The notes beneath the pieces are model-generated. The model was not told the origin of the DNA. It worked only from the letters and a program-made list of their open reading frames with translations, and made no database searches. Shown in pieces: positions 1 through 11,235 of a stretch of DNA of 64,000 nucleotides. Source of the stretch: Calditrichia bacterium (lineage in GTDB: Bacteria; Calditrichota; Calditrichia; RBG-13-44-9; J075); the NCBI GenBank assembly GCA_050633245.1, contig JBOEGD010000009.1, positions 64,001 to 128,000 on the forward strand, given 5' to 3'. The position numbers and the translations under genes are program-made. The first letter of the stretch is position 1, and every line of letters starts with the position of its first letter.

Positions 1-261
1 GCCGAGTGGATTGATGGTAAACTCAAGCTGCATAGTAATGAACCGGCAGACGACATTCGCGTTTGCGCGCATTGGCCCGAGGGCCGCACCGAGCTGCACA
101 GCTTTAATCCGGAGATTACTCCCGTTGCAATTGACTATAAATTCCGCATCAAAATGGCGGGAAAAGAGTTGCACCCTGAAAAAGACCCCGAGCTTAATCG
201 CTACACCATGCGCATGTTAAGGCACGATCTGTTTTGGCATTACGGGAGGCTAAAGCAATGA
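1..261 (+). CDS. 3' end of an upstream CDS truncated by the window edge (unknown product)
   Basis: Frame 1 is open from base 1 (AEWIDGKLKLHS...HYGRLKQ*). Its TGA at 259-261 overlaps the ATG of the next gene (ATGA coupling). Confidence 0.6.
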   Translation, partial: AEWIDGKLKLHSNEPADDIRVCAHWPEGRTELHSFNPEITPVAIDYKFRIKMAGKELHPEKDPELNRYTMRMLRHDLFWHYGRLKQ

Positions 262-1298
262 AGGTGCTTTTTGCCACCCACGAGGGCGTTCCGCTATATA
301 AAGGCGGCCCATTTGTAAAAATTCAACGTTTGCAGGAGCATCTTACCGAGCTCGGCGTCGAGGTTCAGCTGTTCGATCCATGGAAGGCCGCAGAGCAGTT
401 CGAATGGTGCGACTTTGTGCATCTGTACGGCGCAAACTTTGCCGTTTACAATCTGGCACGCAATCTGACCTATAAAAACGTGCCCTTTGTGGTGAATCCC
501 ATCTTCTACACTCGCCGGTCAGCCAAAGCAGTGCGCATGATGAATCGCGTCGACAAGCTAACCCGTGGTCGCATTCCCGGTCTATGGTGGGAATGGGGGT
601 TTACCCGCGACATATGCAATTGGGCAAAAGCTGTTTACCCAAATACTCAGGCCGAGCAGGAAATTATTCAGCACGGCATGGGGATTCCGGCGGAGAAGTT
701 TACCGTCATCCACAATGGCGTCTCGCCGGAATTCATGAATGGTGATCCATTGCTATTCGAAAAAGAATATGGCTTGAAACACTTTGTGCTGTGCGTAGGA
801 CATATCGGACCGGCGCGTAAGAACATGCTGCGAACCGTGCAGGCGATGGAAAAGATTGATCGTCCCTGCGTGATTATTGCGCGCTTATTCGATACCGGTG
901 AAACGAAACAGGTTTTGGAAATTATTGAGCGCAATGAGCACATCACGCTGATTAAAGGATTGGAAAACGCCTCTCCCCTATTGGCTTCCGCCTATGCTGC
1001 CTGTCATACTTTTGTACTGGCTTCGCAGTTCGAAACGCCCGGTCGCGCGGCTTTGGAAGCAGCACTTGCCGGAGCCAATATTGTGATTACGCCATTCGGT
1101 GGCACCAAGGACTACTTCGCCGACATGGCAATCTATCCCGATCCGTATAGCAGCGATTCGATAGCCAACTCTATTACACAATCGCTCAGCACACAAAAAA
1201 CAAGTAATTTATGTGTAAGTATTCAGCAAAGTTTTGTGTGGAAAGAAATTGCAAAGAAAACCAAATTAGCTTATCAGGAAGTGCTCCGCTCACTTTAA
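258..1298 (+). CDS. Glycosyltransferase family 4 (GT-B)
   Basis: MKVLF start; VIHNGV, RKN and FVLASQFETPGRAALEAALAG (ExF/PG..LEA) motifs. The ATG at 258 is coupled to the upstream stop. Confidence 0.9.
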   Translation: MKVLFATHEGVPLYKGGPFVKIQRLQEHLTELGVEVQLFDPWKAAEQFEWCDFVHLYGANFAVYNLARNLTYKNVPFVVNPIFYTRRSAKAVRMMNRVDKLTRGRIPGLWWEWGFTRDICNWAKAVYPNTQAEQEIIQHGMGIPAEKFTVIHNGVSPEFMNGDPLLFEKEYGLKHFVLCVGHIGPARKNMLRTVQAMEKIDRPCVIIARLFDTGETKQVLEIIERNEHITLIKGLENASPLLASAYAACHTFVLASQFETPGRAALEAALAGANIVITPFGGTKDYFADMAIYPDPYSSDSIANSITQSLSTQKTSNLCVSIQQSFVWKEIAKKTKLAYQEVLRSL

Positions 1299-1328
1299 GA
1301 ACCTCGTTGACACCTGACACCCATATTA

Positions 1329-2921
1329 TTAAGGCAGCTTAAGCAAGCGCCAGGATTCATCCTGGAAGAGAACCTCGCTGCTACTATCTGCATACTCAAT
1401 CTTATTGGGAATCAGGAGATGCGTCACCTTCTGGTCTCGTCGGATAGACTTTAGTGCTTCCATATCCAGAGAGTTTTCACCGTATAGCTTTTTCACCTGT
1501 CGAAGACGTGCATACCACTCAAAGACATCGGCGCTTTTATACGGGATGCTTTTGAAATCAACAAGTATAGGGGCACCGGTTTCCAGACGAAAATTTTCCA
1601 GTTCCTCTAGCTCATCTCCCGGAATCACGTAGCAATCGCCAGGCCGCTTATTCTGTTTAACAAATTCCATAACCGGCATTGCATCATCGTTGTGATAACG
1701 TTTATAGGCGCCATTCATCGAGTAAACGCCGAATAGAACGGCTAAGCCCACGCTAATCCAGGACTGAAAAAAAACAATTTGCTCTGCTTTTCGAAATCCG
1801 CCAAAGCTATGCAGCTTCCGCAATGCCCATGCAAAAAACAGCGATATACTCAGCGGGATAAGAATGGTTGAAACCCGCCAGGGGAAGACAAGTGCAATAA
1901 AATTACTATTCCAAAGTATCTTTGCCAGCGTTAAAGCAGCACCTCCGACAAACAATATAATCAGAACGTGAAATAAACGCGTTCTACGGATCAGATAAAG
2001 ACCGCCAATCATCGTTAAAATGCGAAGATAAAACCATTCTCCATGTGCCCAGGTGTTTTGGATAATGTGGTGAGGAATACGAAAATTTACCAGAATACTT
2101 TGCGCCTCAGCGAGTGATACACGCGATTCATCTCCAAAGGTGAGGAAAGTATAAACCAGAATAGGAGTCACCAGCAGCTGCGCAACCAAAGCGATTTTCA
2201 GTGTTCCGGTCAACTTTTTCTCTGAAATGAAGTAAGACAACATAAAGCCCATTGTCAAAAGCGCCGATGGCAGTAAATAGGTGGGATGGATTGTCGCAGC
2301 GAGCGGCAAGAGGGCTGTTGCAAGCAACCATTTTCTCTGCAAGAACAGATAAATCGACAGCAGTAACAACACTCCAAATGCACTGGGTTGAAAAAATCTT
2401 CCCAGCAGAAACTGAGACTTCACTCCCCTGCTTAACAAGTGCTCCTGAGTAAAACCCAACATTACATTAGTTATCTCGTCGAGAATCATGGCATGAGCAA
2501 AAATCACCAGCCCGATCAAAATGCCCTTCAGCCAGCGAGAATCGGACAGCGGGAAGCAAAACGTTGCGATGCGTACCAGACAAAACAAATAAAGCCCGGC
2601 CAATATCAAGTGATAGAAATAAAACAACCCATCTGGCAATAAAACATTATGCGCTTTTACGAATGCACTAAAAACCGGTGTTGGATCAGCTGTTTGGGCC
2701 AGCCAATCTTCTGCAAGGAATCCGGTAGACTCCGCATAGCCATGTAGTAGATATTGATTCTGATTAGAGGCATACATCGGCAATTGGGTATAGGAAAGAC
2801 CAAATAGAACGGCCAGGATCAACCACTTCCCGAGCCCCATGCGCTCCATGAAAAAACGTTCTTCAAAACTTGGCAGCATACTGAACATATCCTCTGAATT
2901 TTCTTCCCGTCGACGCGACAC
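1329..2921 (-). CDS. Polytopic membrane protein, DUF6798-like (GT-C-like); true start probably ~2849
   Basis: Many TM segments; YASNQNQY, FQPSAFG, RIPHH and FRLETGAPILVDFKSIPY motifs. Confidence 0.6.
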   Translation of the reverse strand: MSRRREENSEDMFSMLPSFEERFFMERMGLGKWLILAVLFGLSYTQLPMYASNQNQYLLHGYAESTGFLAEDWLAQTADPTPVFSAFVKAHNVLLPDGLFYFYHLILAGLYLFCLVRIATFCFPLSDSRWLKGILIGLVIFAHAMILDEITNVMLGFTQEHLLSRGVKSQFLLGRFFQPSAFGVLLLLSIYLFLQRKWLLATALLPLAATIHPTYLLPSALLTMGFMLSYFISEKKLTGTLKIALVAQLLVTPILVYTFLTFGDESRVSLAEAQSILVNFRIPHHIIQNTWAHGEWFYLRILTMIGGLYLIRRTRLFHVLIILFVGGAALTLAKILWNSNFIALVFPWRVSTILIPLSISLFFAWALRKLHSFGGFRKAEQIVFFQSWISVGLAVLFGVYSMNGAYKRYHNDDAMPVMEFVKQNKRPGDCYVIPGDELEELENFRLETGAPILVDFKSIPYKSADVFEWYARLRQVKKLYGENSLDMEALKSIRRDQKVTHLLIPNKIEYADSSSEVLFQDESWRLLKLP

Positions 2922-3124
2922 GAAAGAAGTGGCTTAATATAGCGACTTTTTACAATACGCCGAAATGAAAAAGGCATTAAAGAACTGACCGATGCATCCG
3001 ATGATAAAGTGTATCCCTGCCCCCATCCAGGTCTTTCAGGCGGGCATATATTTGAAATAGCGCGAAAATGTTCACCTGCTGCCGGTAAGCATTTGTATTC
3101 CTATTCATCTAAAATTGGTAAACT

Positions 3125-6100
3125 ATGAATCGGGCGATACTTAAAAAGTGGAATAATGCTCTCCGGAGCGAACGTTATTTCGACCGTCACTTTTTAACTC
3201 AAAAACCTTTGCTGGCAGAGCAGCTACTGACAGGACTTAGTGCAGGATTCCCATCTGCCGAGCAGCAGGTAGAAGAGATTGTAAATTTTGTGCGTACCTC
3301 CGCCCTTGCGAAAAAGGAAGTGTTTCGCTCTCTCTTCTTATTGCGTGATGTTCTTTCAGACCTGCTTATTGAGCGTCCGCTATTGCCACGTGCCCCTCTA
3401 ATTTTATACCGTAAGAACACTGAAGATTTAATTCTTAAACTGACCGTGCGCTTCTCGGAGATAAACAAACAAGTTGAAAAAGAAACCGGCCTGAGTATCG
3501 CCAGGTTCAACAATGGTGAAATAGCACTAAGGCTTTCCGATGACTTTGTGATTCAAACGGTGCATGCCGGCCTGCCGAAACTGTTCGGCTATCAGCCGTC
3601 CGAATTAGACGGCAAATCTCTTTCACACCTTTTTGCCCCTGCAAGCCACAGCTTATTGCGATTTGCTGAAAAGCAATTTGCTGAAGCAATGCGCATGACG
3701 GTTTCACTCGATCTTGAAGCAATATCCATAAAGGGGCGCTTCTTTCCTGTTGCCGTTAGCATACGCAGAATAGCGAATCAGAAAGCCGCAGGCTTTCAGG
3801 TGCTAATTCAACAGCAGGATAACAGGGCAGCAACCCAAAACGTACTAAATCTTGTTACCATGGCGCTGGAGAGTGTTAGAGAAGGCATCGTAATAACCGA
3901 ACCAGTCGTTAATGGGCGCATTTTATTCATTAATAGTGCAATGACCCAATTAAGTGGCTTTAAACAGGCTGAGCTTAATTCTCAGGCCTTTTCGACCCTG
4001 TTTGGAGACATTTCTCCCGATCAACTGCAGGATATTTTTCAGGCATCTCTGGAAGATGGCTGGGAGGGAGAGTTTATGCTGCACTCCTCCGCGGAAAAAG
4101 AAATTCCGGTGCAGTTAAGAACGCATCCCATTCGCACTGATGACAATGAAATTGTTGCGGTTGTAAGTGTCTTAAGTAATCTTGAACGACGTAAGAAACA
4201 TGAAGCGCGAATCAATGAACAAAATATGCATCTTACATTTTTGCAAGAACTCTCCGCTATCCTCGGAAAGAATCTCGACCTTACGGTTACTCTGGATGGT
4301 TTTACAGCACACCTGCAAAATGTATTCGACCATAAGGGTGTCGACATCCTCCTTCCTCTGGAGGAACAGGGTCATTTTTTTCGCTTGTTTTACACATCGG
4401 GATTTCAGGAAGCAGCAATGCTGCGTAAAGAGATTTTTACTCTGACAGAGCTTCCATTCTTTGAAGACATTACATCTGGTGAGGAAGCAATGTTTAGCTT
4501 AACGGCCGAGAACTATCCCCGTGCATCTTACTATCGCTGGATGAAACTCAACAATGTACGTCACCTCGTTTACTTACCGGTGATTTTTTCCGGGCGTTTA
4601 ATCGGAGTTGTCGTACTTCGCTTTCAGGACTGTCTGCCATTTAGCAAAGAAGATTGCGACCTCTTAAATCAGGTGGTTGGCCAGCTCACGATCGCGATGA
4701 AGAACTTTATTCATTTTGATCAGATTCAGAAGACCAATAAAAAACTACAGTTGATCAGCAGTTTATTTTCTCAGGCTCGTAGCAATCAATCGATTACTTC
4801 AATCCTAAGTACGACTGCCGCAGAGATCTCAGAGACTTTTGGCTATGACAAGCTGGGATTTTATCGAGAGCGCAAACCCGGAGAGTGGCGCTTGATTTCG
4901 GCTTTTTTAAGTAAGGGAACCCCCTACCCTACAAATCTGATTGCAGCTGAAAAGGTAACCTTTCCGGGGATATGGCTGGACTGTCTTTCCTCCAAGCCAT
5001 TCGGCCAATTTTTTGATGACCAATTATCCGGTGAGCAAACGCGCTTTGCACTGTGGTTAACCGAAGAGTCTGCCTTTCGTGGCAAAATTGCCGTTTTGGG
5101 CATGTCTGAGTCTTACGTATCCGATCTTTCCTACGCCTTTCACGTAGACATTATTCAATCTCTGCTAAGAGAATTGACGCTGGCGATAGATCATATTACT
5201 CTTTTCCAACAAACTGTAGTTGCCGAACAGGAATGGCAAACCACCTTTGATGAGGTACAGATTGGTCTGGCAGTAGTTGATCAGCGTTTTTTAATTCAAA
5301 GAGCAAACAAGGCATTTTGGAAGATGTTTCAACAAGAAGGCTCACCACCCACTACGCCACAACATTCGCGTGAAATAATGATAAGCGAAGAGTTAAGAAA
5401 TGTTCCGGAAACCCATGCCGATGTGTATTGGAAAACACCGGTTGAATGGTTCGATAAGAAACGCAATAAATATTTTTATCGCCGCTTCTTTCCTCTCTCG
5501 TCTGTGGGAAAATCTTTTCAGGGCGGAATATTCACGGTAGAAGACGTGAGCGAGGCCCGCTCGAAGGAAAAGCATATACGCTATCTGTCGCGTTTTCCTG
5601 AGATTAATCCCAATCTGGTAATGAGTCTGCTAAAAAATGGACAAATCCGCTACTTCAATCATGCTACGCGTGCTGCGTTACGCAGTTTGGATTTACCGGA
5701 AGATGAACCACGTCACCTCATTCCGGTTACGCTGATGTTTGAATTGGAAAGTGACAAATTCACCCGCCATAGGGCGCATGATTATGTTCAGGAGGTGCAG
5801 GGTAAAGTATTTCAATTTGCCGCCTTTATGCCGGAAGGTGATGATCAGATTTACCTCTATGGCATGGAGATAACCGAACGCCTGGAAATGCAGGACCGGC
5901 TGATTCAAACCGAACGCGTTCGTGCTACCGGTGAAATGGCTACCGGTGTGGCGCACGACTTCAACAATTTACTTACCACAATAATTGGACGGACGCAACT
6001 AACGCAGCTGAATCTTTCTCAGAACAACACGGTCGACTTGAATGAGCAACTGGGAATTATTGAAAAAGCGGCGCTGGAAGGTGCCCAAATTGTGAAGCGC

Positions 6101-7063
6101 TTGCAGGAGTTAACTCGTAGAAAACGACAGAAAGCGTTTGAAGACATTTATCTAAGCGACATTCTAAATGACAGTCTGCTCTTCTCCACGCAAAAGGTGA
6201 AGGTCAACAATCAGGTTCGCGGCAAAAAAACCCGCGTCACCTCAGACTTCCAGTCTGACCTTGTAGTCAACGGCAATCCGATTGAACTAAAAGAAGTTTT
6301 CACCAATCTCATCTTCAATGCCTTTGATGCCATGCCGGAGGGTGGCGAATTGTTTCTAAGAACAATTAGCCGACCGGATAACATGATAGAGATTGTGGTC
6401 CGCGATACAGGAATCGGCATGTCCAATGCAATCCGGCAAAAAATCTTCGATCCGTTCTTTACGACAAAGGGCGAACGCGGCACCGGCATCGGTTTAAGCC
6501 TGGTATTTAACATCATTACGGCACACAAAGGGCGAATTAGAGTAGAGAGTAAACCCGGTAAGGGCACCACATTCAAAGTCTGGCTTCCGGCATCTAATGC
6601 CGTTCCGCAAGAAAAATCGAAAAGTGCTCCGACACAGCTTAATAACATTAGCGATTTAACATTACTGGTAGTGGATGATGAGCCTGAGTTATTGGAAACT
6701 ATCAACGACATTTTGCGGTTGAAGTTCAAACAGGTTGATATGGCAAATTCGGGAGAAGAGGCTCTCAAGATGGCCTCAAAAACAAACTACGACATCGTCT
6801 TGACGGATCTGGGAATGCCGGGGATGTCTGGTTGGGAAGTGGCGCGTGAGATGAAACTGCGTCTCCCGAACTGTCGGGTTGTATTAGTAACTGGCTGGGG
6901 ACTTCAGGCTAAGGACGAGCTGGGCAATCATCTATATGTCGATAGCATAATCGCAAAGCCTTATGATGTTCAAAGTTTATTGCAAACTCTTGTGACGATA
7001 TCCGGGTTAGAGGCTGCAAAAGATACGAAATCAGAGGCGAACGAAATCACCTCCGGCTCTTAA
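3125..7063 (+). CDS. Hybrid sensor histidine kinase (PAS-PAS-GAF-PAS-HisKA-HATPase-REC)
   Basis: H-box GVAHDFNNLL, N-box NLIFNAFDAM, DTGIGM, FDPFFTTK, GTGIGL; receiver LVVDDE...LTDLGMPGMSG...KP. Confidence 0.93.
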   Translation: MNRAILKKWNNALRSERYFDRHFLTQKPLLAEQLLTGLSAGFPSAEQQVEEIVNFVRTSALAKKEVFRSLFLLRDVLSDLLIERPLLPRAPLILYRKNTEDLILKLTVRFSEINKQVEKETGLSIARFNNGEIALRLSDDFVIQTVHAGLPKLFGYQPSELDGKSLSHLFAPASHSLLRFAEKQFAEAMRMTVSLDLEAISIKGRFFPVAVSIRRIANQKAAGFQVLIQQQDNRAATQNVLNLVTMALESVREGIVITEPVVNGRILFINSAMTQLSGFKQAELNSQAFSTLFGDISPDQLQDIFQASLEDGWEGEFMLHSSAEKEIPVQLRTHPIRTDDNEIVAVVSVLSNLERRKKHEARINEQNMHLTFLQELSAILGKNLDLTVTLDGFTAHLQNVFDHKGVDILLPLEEQGHFFRLFYTSGFQEAAMLRKEIFTLTELPFFEDITSGEEAMFSLTAENYPRASYYRWMKLNNVRHLVYLPVIFSGRLIGVVVLRFQDCLPFSKEDCDLLNQVVGQLTIAMKNFIHFDQIQKTNKKLQLISSLFSQARSNQSITSILSTTAAEISETFGYDKLGFYRERKPGEWRLISAFLSKGTPYPTNLIAAEKVTFPGIWLDCLSSKPFGQFFDDQLSGEQTRFALWLTEESAFRGKIAVLGMSESYVSDLSYAFHVDIIQSLLRELTLAIDHITLFQQTVVAEQEWQTTFDEVQIGLAVVDQRFLIQRANKAFWKMFQQEGSPPTTPQHSREIMISEELRNVPETHADVYWKTPVEWFDKKRNKYFYRRFFPLSSVGKSFQGGIFTVEDVSEARSKEKHIRYLSRFPEINPNLVMSLLKNGQIRYFNHATRAALRSLDLPEDEPRHLIPVTLMFELESDKFTRHRAHDYVQEVQGKVFQFAAFMPEGDDQIYLYGMEITERLEMQDRLIQTERVRATGEMATGVAHDFNNLLTTIIGRTQLTQLNLSQNNTVDLNEQLGIIEKAALEGAQIVKRLQELTRRKRQKAFEDIYLSDILNDSLLFSTQKVKVNNQVRGKKTRVTSDFQSDLVVNGNPIELKEVFTNLIFNAFDAMPEGGELFLRTISRPDNMIEIVVRDTGIGMSNAIRQKIFDPFFTTKGERGTGIGLSLVFNIITAHKGRIRVESKPGKGTTFKVWLPASNAVPQEKSKSAPTQLNNISDLTLLVVDDEPELLETINDILRLKFKQVDMANSGEEALKMASKTNYDIVLTDLGMPGMSGWEVAREMKLRLPNCRVVLVTGWGLQAKDELGNHLYVDSIIAKPYDVQSLLQTLVTISGLEAAKDTKSEANEITSGS

Positions 7064-7065
7064 TT

Positions 7066-8049
7066 CTAACCTTCTTTCCAGGAACCCATCGCATCGTATT
7101 TACTGATTCGGGTAGTAAGCAAATCTTCAACCGGGATCTTAACCAGGCGTTCAAGCTGCCGGCTGATCTGTCCCTTTAGAGACTTCGCTGCTGCATCATA
7201 ATCCCAATGCGCGCCACCTGCCGGTTCCGGAACAATCGAATCGATCAGTCCAAGCTTCAACAAATCCGGTGCGGTAAGCTTCATCGCATCTGCAGCGATT
7301 TCGGCTTTGGCGCTGTCTTTCCACAAGATCGTTGCACAGCCTTCCGGTGAGATAACAGAATACCAGCAGTTTTCCATCATCAACACCACATCGCCTACAC
7401 CAATTCCCAGAGCACCTCCTGAAGCACCTTCTCCGATAATCGTTACCACAATCGGAACCCGCAAGCGCGCCATTTCCAGAAGATTTCGTGCAATTGCTTC
7501 ACCCTGTCCACGCTCTTCAGCGCCGATACCGGGATCCGCCCCCATCGTATCGATAAACGTAACAACGGGAATATTAAACTTCTGAGCCAATTTCATCAGG
7601 CGTAGTGCCTTACGATAGCCTTCCGGTTTAGCCATTCCAAAGTTGCGCAGCACCTTTTCTTTGGTATCACGTCCTTTTTGATGGCCGATCAGCATAACTC
7701 GCTGACCGTTAATTTCTCCGATTCCGCCAACCATCGCCGGATCATCAGCAAACGAGCGATCGCCATGCAGTTCAACAAAATTATCGGCGATGCGCTCGAT
7801 ATAATCCTGCGTATAGGGGCGATCGGCATGTCGGGCAAGTCTTACACGCTGCCAGGGAGTCAGGTTAGAGTACGTATCTTTTCTAAGCGCGTCGGCTTTA
7901 CGGGTAAGACGCTTAATGTCATCACGAAGATCGACACCGCTTTCCTTCGCGGTCTCTTCCATCTCCACAATTTTCTTCTGAAGCTCTACAACAGGCTTCT
8001 CAAAGTCGAGTATTTCGCGAAACGTTGTTTTCAAGATATCCCTCATCAA
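7066..8049 (-). CDS. accA: Acetyl-CoA carboxylase carboxyltransferase subunit alpha
   Basis: [44 protein letters not shown] and [14 protein letters not shown] motifs. Confidence 0.97.
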   Translation of the reverse strand: MMRDILKTTFREILDFEKPVVELQKKIVEMEETAKESGVDLRDDIKRLTRKADALRKDTYSNLTPWQRVRLARHADRPYTQDYIERIADNFVELHGDRSFADDPAMVGGIGEINGQRVMLIGHQKGRDTKEKVLRNFGMAKPEGYRKALRLMKLAQKFNIPVVTFIDTMGADPGIGAEERGQGEAIARNLLEMARLRVPIVVTIIGEGASGGALGIGVGDVVLMMENCWYSVISPEGCATILWKDSAKAEIAADAMKLTAPDLLKLGLIDSIVPEPAGGAHWDYDAAAKSLKGQISRQLERLVKIPVEDLLTTRISKYDAMGSWKEG

Positions 8050-8131
8050 TGGTTATAGCCATGTTCTCCCTCCCGTGAGAACGGATAAATATAAAGGCTT
8101 AAGCTCGGAAATCAAATCGGAAGATTAATGA

Positions 8132-8863
8132 TCAATATTTTCCCATCAGGCTACGCAGCTTCAGCTTCCATACCATGAAGGCTGCTTCATAGACAATGCT
8201 GCGAGACATTTTCGAACTTCCGACTTCCCGATCGGTAAAGACTATAGATACTTCGCGAATTTTGAATTTGCGTTTCCACGCTTTGAAGTGCATTTCTATT
8301 TGAAAAGAGTAGCCGTTAGAGCGGATTTCTTCAAGAGGAATAGCTTCGAGAACTTCACGTCTAAAGCATTTGAACCCACTGGTGCAGTCCGTAAGCGGCA
8401 GTCCGGTAATAATGCGCGTATACTTACTGGCAAACATGCTTAGGATTAACCTTGAAAGCGGCCAGTTGATAACGTTCACACCTATCAAATAGCGCGAACC
8501 AATGACTAAGTCCACTTCCTGGATTTCCTTAAGAAAAACCGGCAAGATAATCGGGTCATGAGACAAATCGGCATCCATTTCCATAACATAGTCATAACCA
8601 TGTTCAATGGCGTAACGAAAACCGGCAATATAGGCGGTGCCAAGCCCTAACTTACCCTCGCGCTCGAGAAGGAACAATCGCTCGTTGGTCTTTTGCATAT
8701 CCTTGATGATATCGGCGGTGCCGTCGGGAGAGTTATCATCGACGATAAGAACATCAATTGTGGTATCGTAAGCGGAGGTATCCAGAGCAAATACCTGCTC
8801 CAGTAGTTTAGGGACATTTTCGCATTCATTATACGTTGGGGTAATTACCAGCGCTCTCTTCAT
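8132..8863 (-). CDS. Polyprenol monophosphomannose synthase (DPM1-like GT2)
   Basis: PTYNE, VDDNSPDGT, GKLGLGTAY, EMDADLSHDP, SNGYSFQIEM and FTDREVGSSKMS motifs. Confidence 0.92.
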   Translation of the reverse strand: MKRALVITPTYNECENVPKLLEQVFALDTSAYDTTIDVLIVDDNSPDGTADIIKDMQKTNERLFLLEREGKLGLGTAYIAGFRYAIEHGYDYVMEMDADLSHDPIILPVFLKEIQEVDLVIGSRYLIGVNVINWPLSRLILSMFASKYTRIITGLPLTDCTSGFKCFRREVLEAIPLEEIRSNGYSFQIEMHFKAWKRKFKIREVSIVFTDREVGSSKMSRSIVYEAAFMVWKLKLRSLMGKY

Positions 8864-8877
8864 ATAGTTCCATATAG

Positions 8878-9768
8878 TTAGTGGGATAACTCTATTTTTA
8901 AAAACTCAAATGCTTCTCGTAACGTCCGGGGCGAATAATCCAGCTCTTTTTTTGCCAGCTCAATGCTCAAACCGCCCTTTAGAGGACGTGGAGATTTTTG
9001 CTGTAAATCCGACGTGAGGATCGGGCTAATCTGATCTGTTGGAAATCCGAAAACTTCGCCAACAACTTTAGCGAAATCGAAACGGTTTATATAATCCTCG
9101 CCGGAAAGATGATACACGCCATAAGCGGATTGTTCAACAAGTAATTTTATTCCCTCAGCAAGATCGTCTGCGAGCGTCGGATTGTTATACTGATCAGTCA
9201 CAATGCGAACCGGCTTACCTTCCTTTAGTTGATTATACACCCAGAGGAAAAAATTGTTTTTAACACCATTGCCAGTGCCATAAACAACATTTGTTCGAAT
9301 AATTGCATAGGGAATGCCCGCCATGCGAACGGTGTTCTCGGAGGCTAATTTGGCTTTTCCATAGTAGCCAAGTGGACTGGGGTGAGCATCTTCCGAATAA
9401 GGCCCGTTGTCGCCATCAAAAATGTAGTCTGTAGAAATATGTACCAGTTGTGCCATGCATTTTCGTGCGGCAACCGCCAGGTTCTCTACACCTTTTACAT
9501 TTACCCGCCAACAGGTCTCTCGCTCTGTTTCACAGCCATCGACATTGGTATATGCCGCCGCGTTAATAATAACGTCCGGAGATATCCGGGTAATCAATTC
9601 CTTGCAGGCAGACGAATCTGTAATGTCCAGCGGAATATAACGCGAATTCTTATCCGGAAAGCGGGGTTCCGAGCGATATCCGGTAGCGGTAACGCTATGT
9701 TTGCTAAATGTGCGAACCAGTTTTTGTCCAACTAAACCATTTGCACCGGTAATTAAGATATTTTTCAT
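8878..9768 (-). CDS. rfbD: dTDP-4-dehydrorhamnose reductase
   Basis: ITGANGLVG, NAAAYTNVDGCE, HISTDYIFDG, YGKAKLASE and DQYNNPT motifs. Confidence 0.88.
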   Translation of the reverse strand: MKNILITGANGLVGQKLVRTFSKHSVTATGYRSEPRFPDKNSRYIPLDITDSSACKELITRISPDVIINAAAYTNVDGCETERETCWRVNVKGVENLAVAARKCMAQLVHISTDYIFDGDNGPYSEDAHPSPLGYYGKAKLASENTVRMAGIPYAIIRTNVVYGTGNGVKNNFFLWVYNQLKEGKPVRIVTDQYNNPTLADDLAEGIKLLVEQSAYGVYHLSGEDYINRFDFAKVVGEVFGFPTDQISPILTSDLQQKSPRPLKGGLSIELAKKELDYSPRTLREAFEFLKIELSH

Positions 9769-9794
9769 GTTAGGTCTCCATTTGGATGAATCTT

Positions 9795-10748
9795 TTATAG
9801 AGTCGTCCAACCAGAGATAACCTTGTGTTTGTTTTCCGGAAGAGCAATAATTTTTTTCATCGTCTCGGGCAATTTATCCATCTCGTTGGTTCCTTGCAAC
9901 ATGGTATTCGCAGCGGCAACACAATTCGCAAAATCCACGGCGGCCTTAAGCGAAGCGTTCTTCATGAAATGTGCCGCAAAGCCAGCGCCAAAGGAATCCC
10001 CACAGCCCGTGGTATCAATGAGATCCGGAACTACATAAGCTGGCACCGCATGCTGTTGAATTTCCCCACCCTCCCGATACACCAACAGCGTATCTCCTGC
10101 ACCTTGCGTAACGAGTAAAATCTGGTTGCCACGCAGTTTGTCCTTATGCAACTCAATGGCACTGCTTTCAGGCCCGGCAATTTGGCTAAACTCATTTTCA
10201 TTCATCTGCAGCCAGGTTGGAGCAGCGAGCCATTTATCAATATTTGTCGGAAGTTCCGGGTAGCGCTTACCGATCTTATCTCGCCCCATCGACAGGTAAT
10301 GCACATCCATATATAATCGATCTCCGGCAACCTCTGAAAGGTATTCAAGTGCGGAGAGCTCCAAGTCCCACCCGCTGATGAAATTAACAATAATCAGATC
10401 AGCATCTGCTACCACCTCTACCTGTTCTTTGGTAAGAGGAGGAAACGGAAAGAGCGACTTCTCGTTGCGCTCTTCCAGTGTATGGTATTCGATTATGACA
10501 TTGTGATTGCGTTGATCGATGGGAATAATTCCTGCTGAAGAAACGTTTGGTCTATTTTGACAATAGGAGATCATCGCATCGTACAGGTCGAAGCCAACGT
10601 ATGAAACGGGGATAATTTCGTCCTCACTTTTGAGTATCGCAGACAGCACCGAGATATCGTACAGAATACCGCCGATACTTTCAATTGGCGAATGACGAAA
10701 GGGAAGGATGAAATCTTTGTTAATAGTACCGATTATGCCGATTTTCAT
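9795..10748 (-). CDS. PfkB/ribokinase family carbohydrate kinase
   Basis: DTTGCGDSFGAGF anion-hole motif and MNENE. The ATG overlaps the purE stop. Confidence 0.85.
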   Translation of the reverse strand: MKIGIIGTINKDFILPFRHSPIESIGGILYDISVLSAILKSEDEIIPVSYVGFDLYDAMISYCQNRPNVSSAGIIPIDQRNHNVIIEYHTLEERNEKSLFPFPPLTKEQVEVVADADLIIVNFISGWDLELSALEYLSEVAGDRLYMDVHYLSMGRDKIGKRYPELPTNIDKWLAAPTWLQMNENEFSQIAGPESSAIELHKDKLRGNQILLVTQGAGDTLLVYREGGEIQQHAVPAYVVPDLIDTTGCGDSFGAGFAAHFMKNASLKAAVDFANCVAAANTMLQGTNEMDKLPETMKKIIALPENKHKVISGWTTL

Positions 10749-11209
10749 TTGGGCAGCTTGCACTCGTTCTTTTTGAACTCGACAAGCTTTTGATGAATTG
10801 AGTCATCGGCCAGGCTAAGAATTTCGGCACACATTACGGCGGCGTTTCGCGCACCGGATTTTCCAATAGCCATAGTTGCAACTGGCACACCAGCGGGCAT
10901 TTGAACAATTGCGTAGAGTGCATCAAGTCCACGCATGTCACCGGCTGACAGCGGCACACCAATTACCGGCAGCGTTGTATATGCGGCGACAACACCAGGT
11001 AAATGAGCAGCCATTCCGGCACAGGCAACGATTACACCATAGCCGTCATCACGTGCACCGGTAACAAAATTGTGCACTTTTTCCGGCGTGCGGTGCGCAG
11101 ACATCACGTGCATTTCTGCAGGGATACCAAAAAACTTAAAATAATCCATCGAGCTGCTTACAACCTCGCGGTCCGATTCACTTCCCATCAATATTGCAAC
11201 TTTCTTCAC
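10745..11209 (-). CDS. purE: N5-carboxyaminoimidazole ribonucleotide mutase
   Basis: ILMGSESD, SAHRTP, AGMAAHLPG, PVIGVP and QMPAGVPVATMAIG motifs; GTG start after a GGAGG RBS. Confidence 0.96.
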   Translation of the reverse strand: MKKVAILMGSESDREVVSSSMDYFKFFGIPAEMHVMSAHRTPEKVHNFVTGARDDGYGVIVACAGMAAHLPGVVAAYTTLPVIGVPLSAGDMRGLDALYAIVQMPAGVPVATMAIGKSGARNAAVMCAEILSLADDSIHQKLVEFKKNECKLPK

Positions 11210-11235
11210 AGCGGTAGTTCCTCCAGGAGTAGTAT

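Noticed and set aside
11-220. 69-aa ORF at the window start
   Set aside because: Frame 1 (1-261) is fully open and couples to the next gene by ATGA, so it is the better coding frame.
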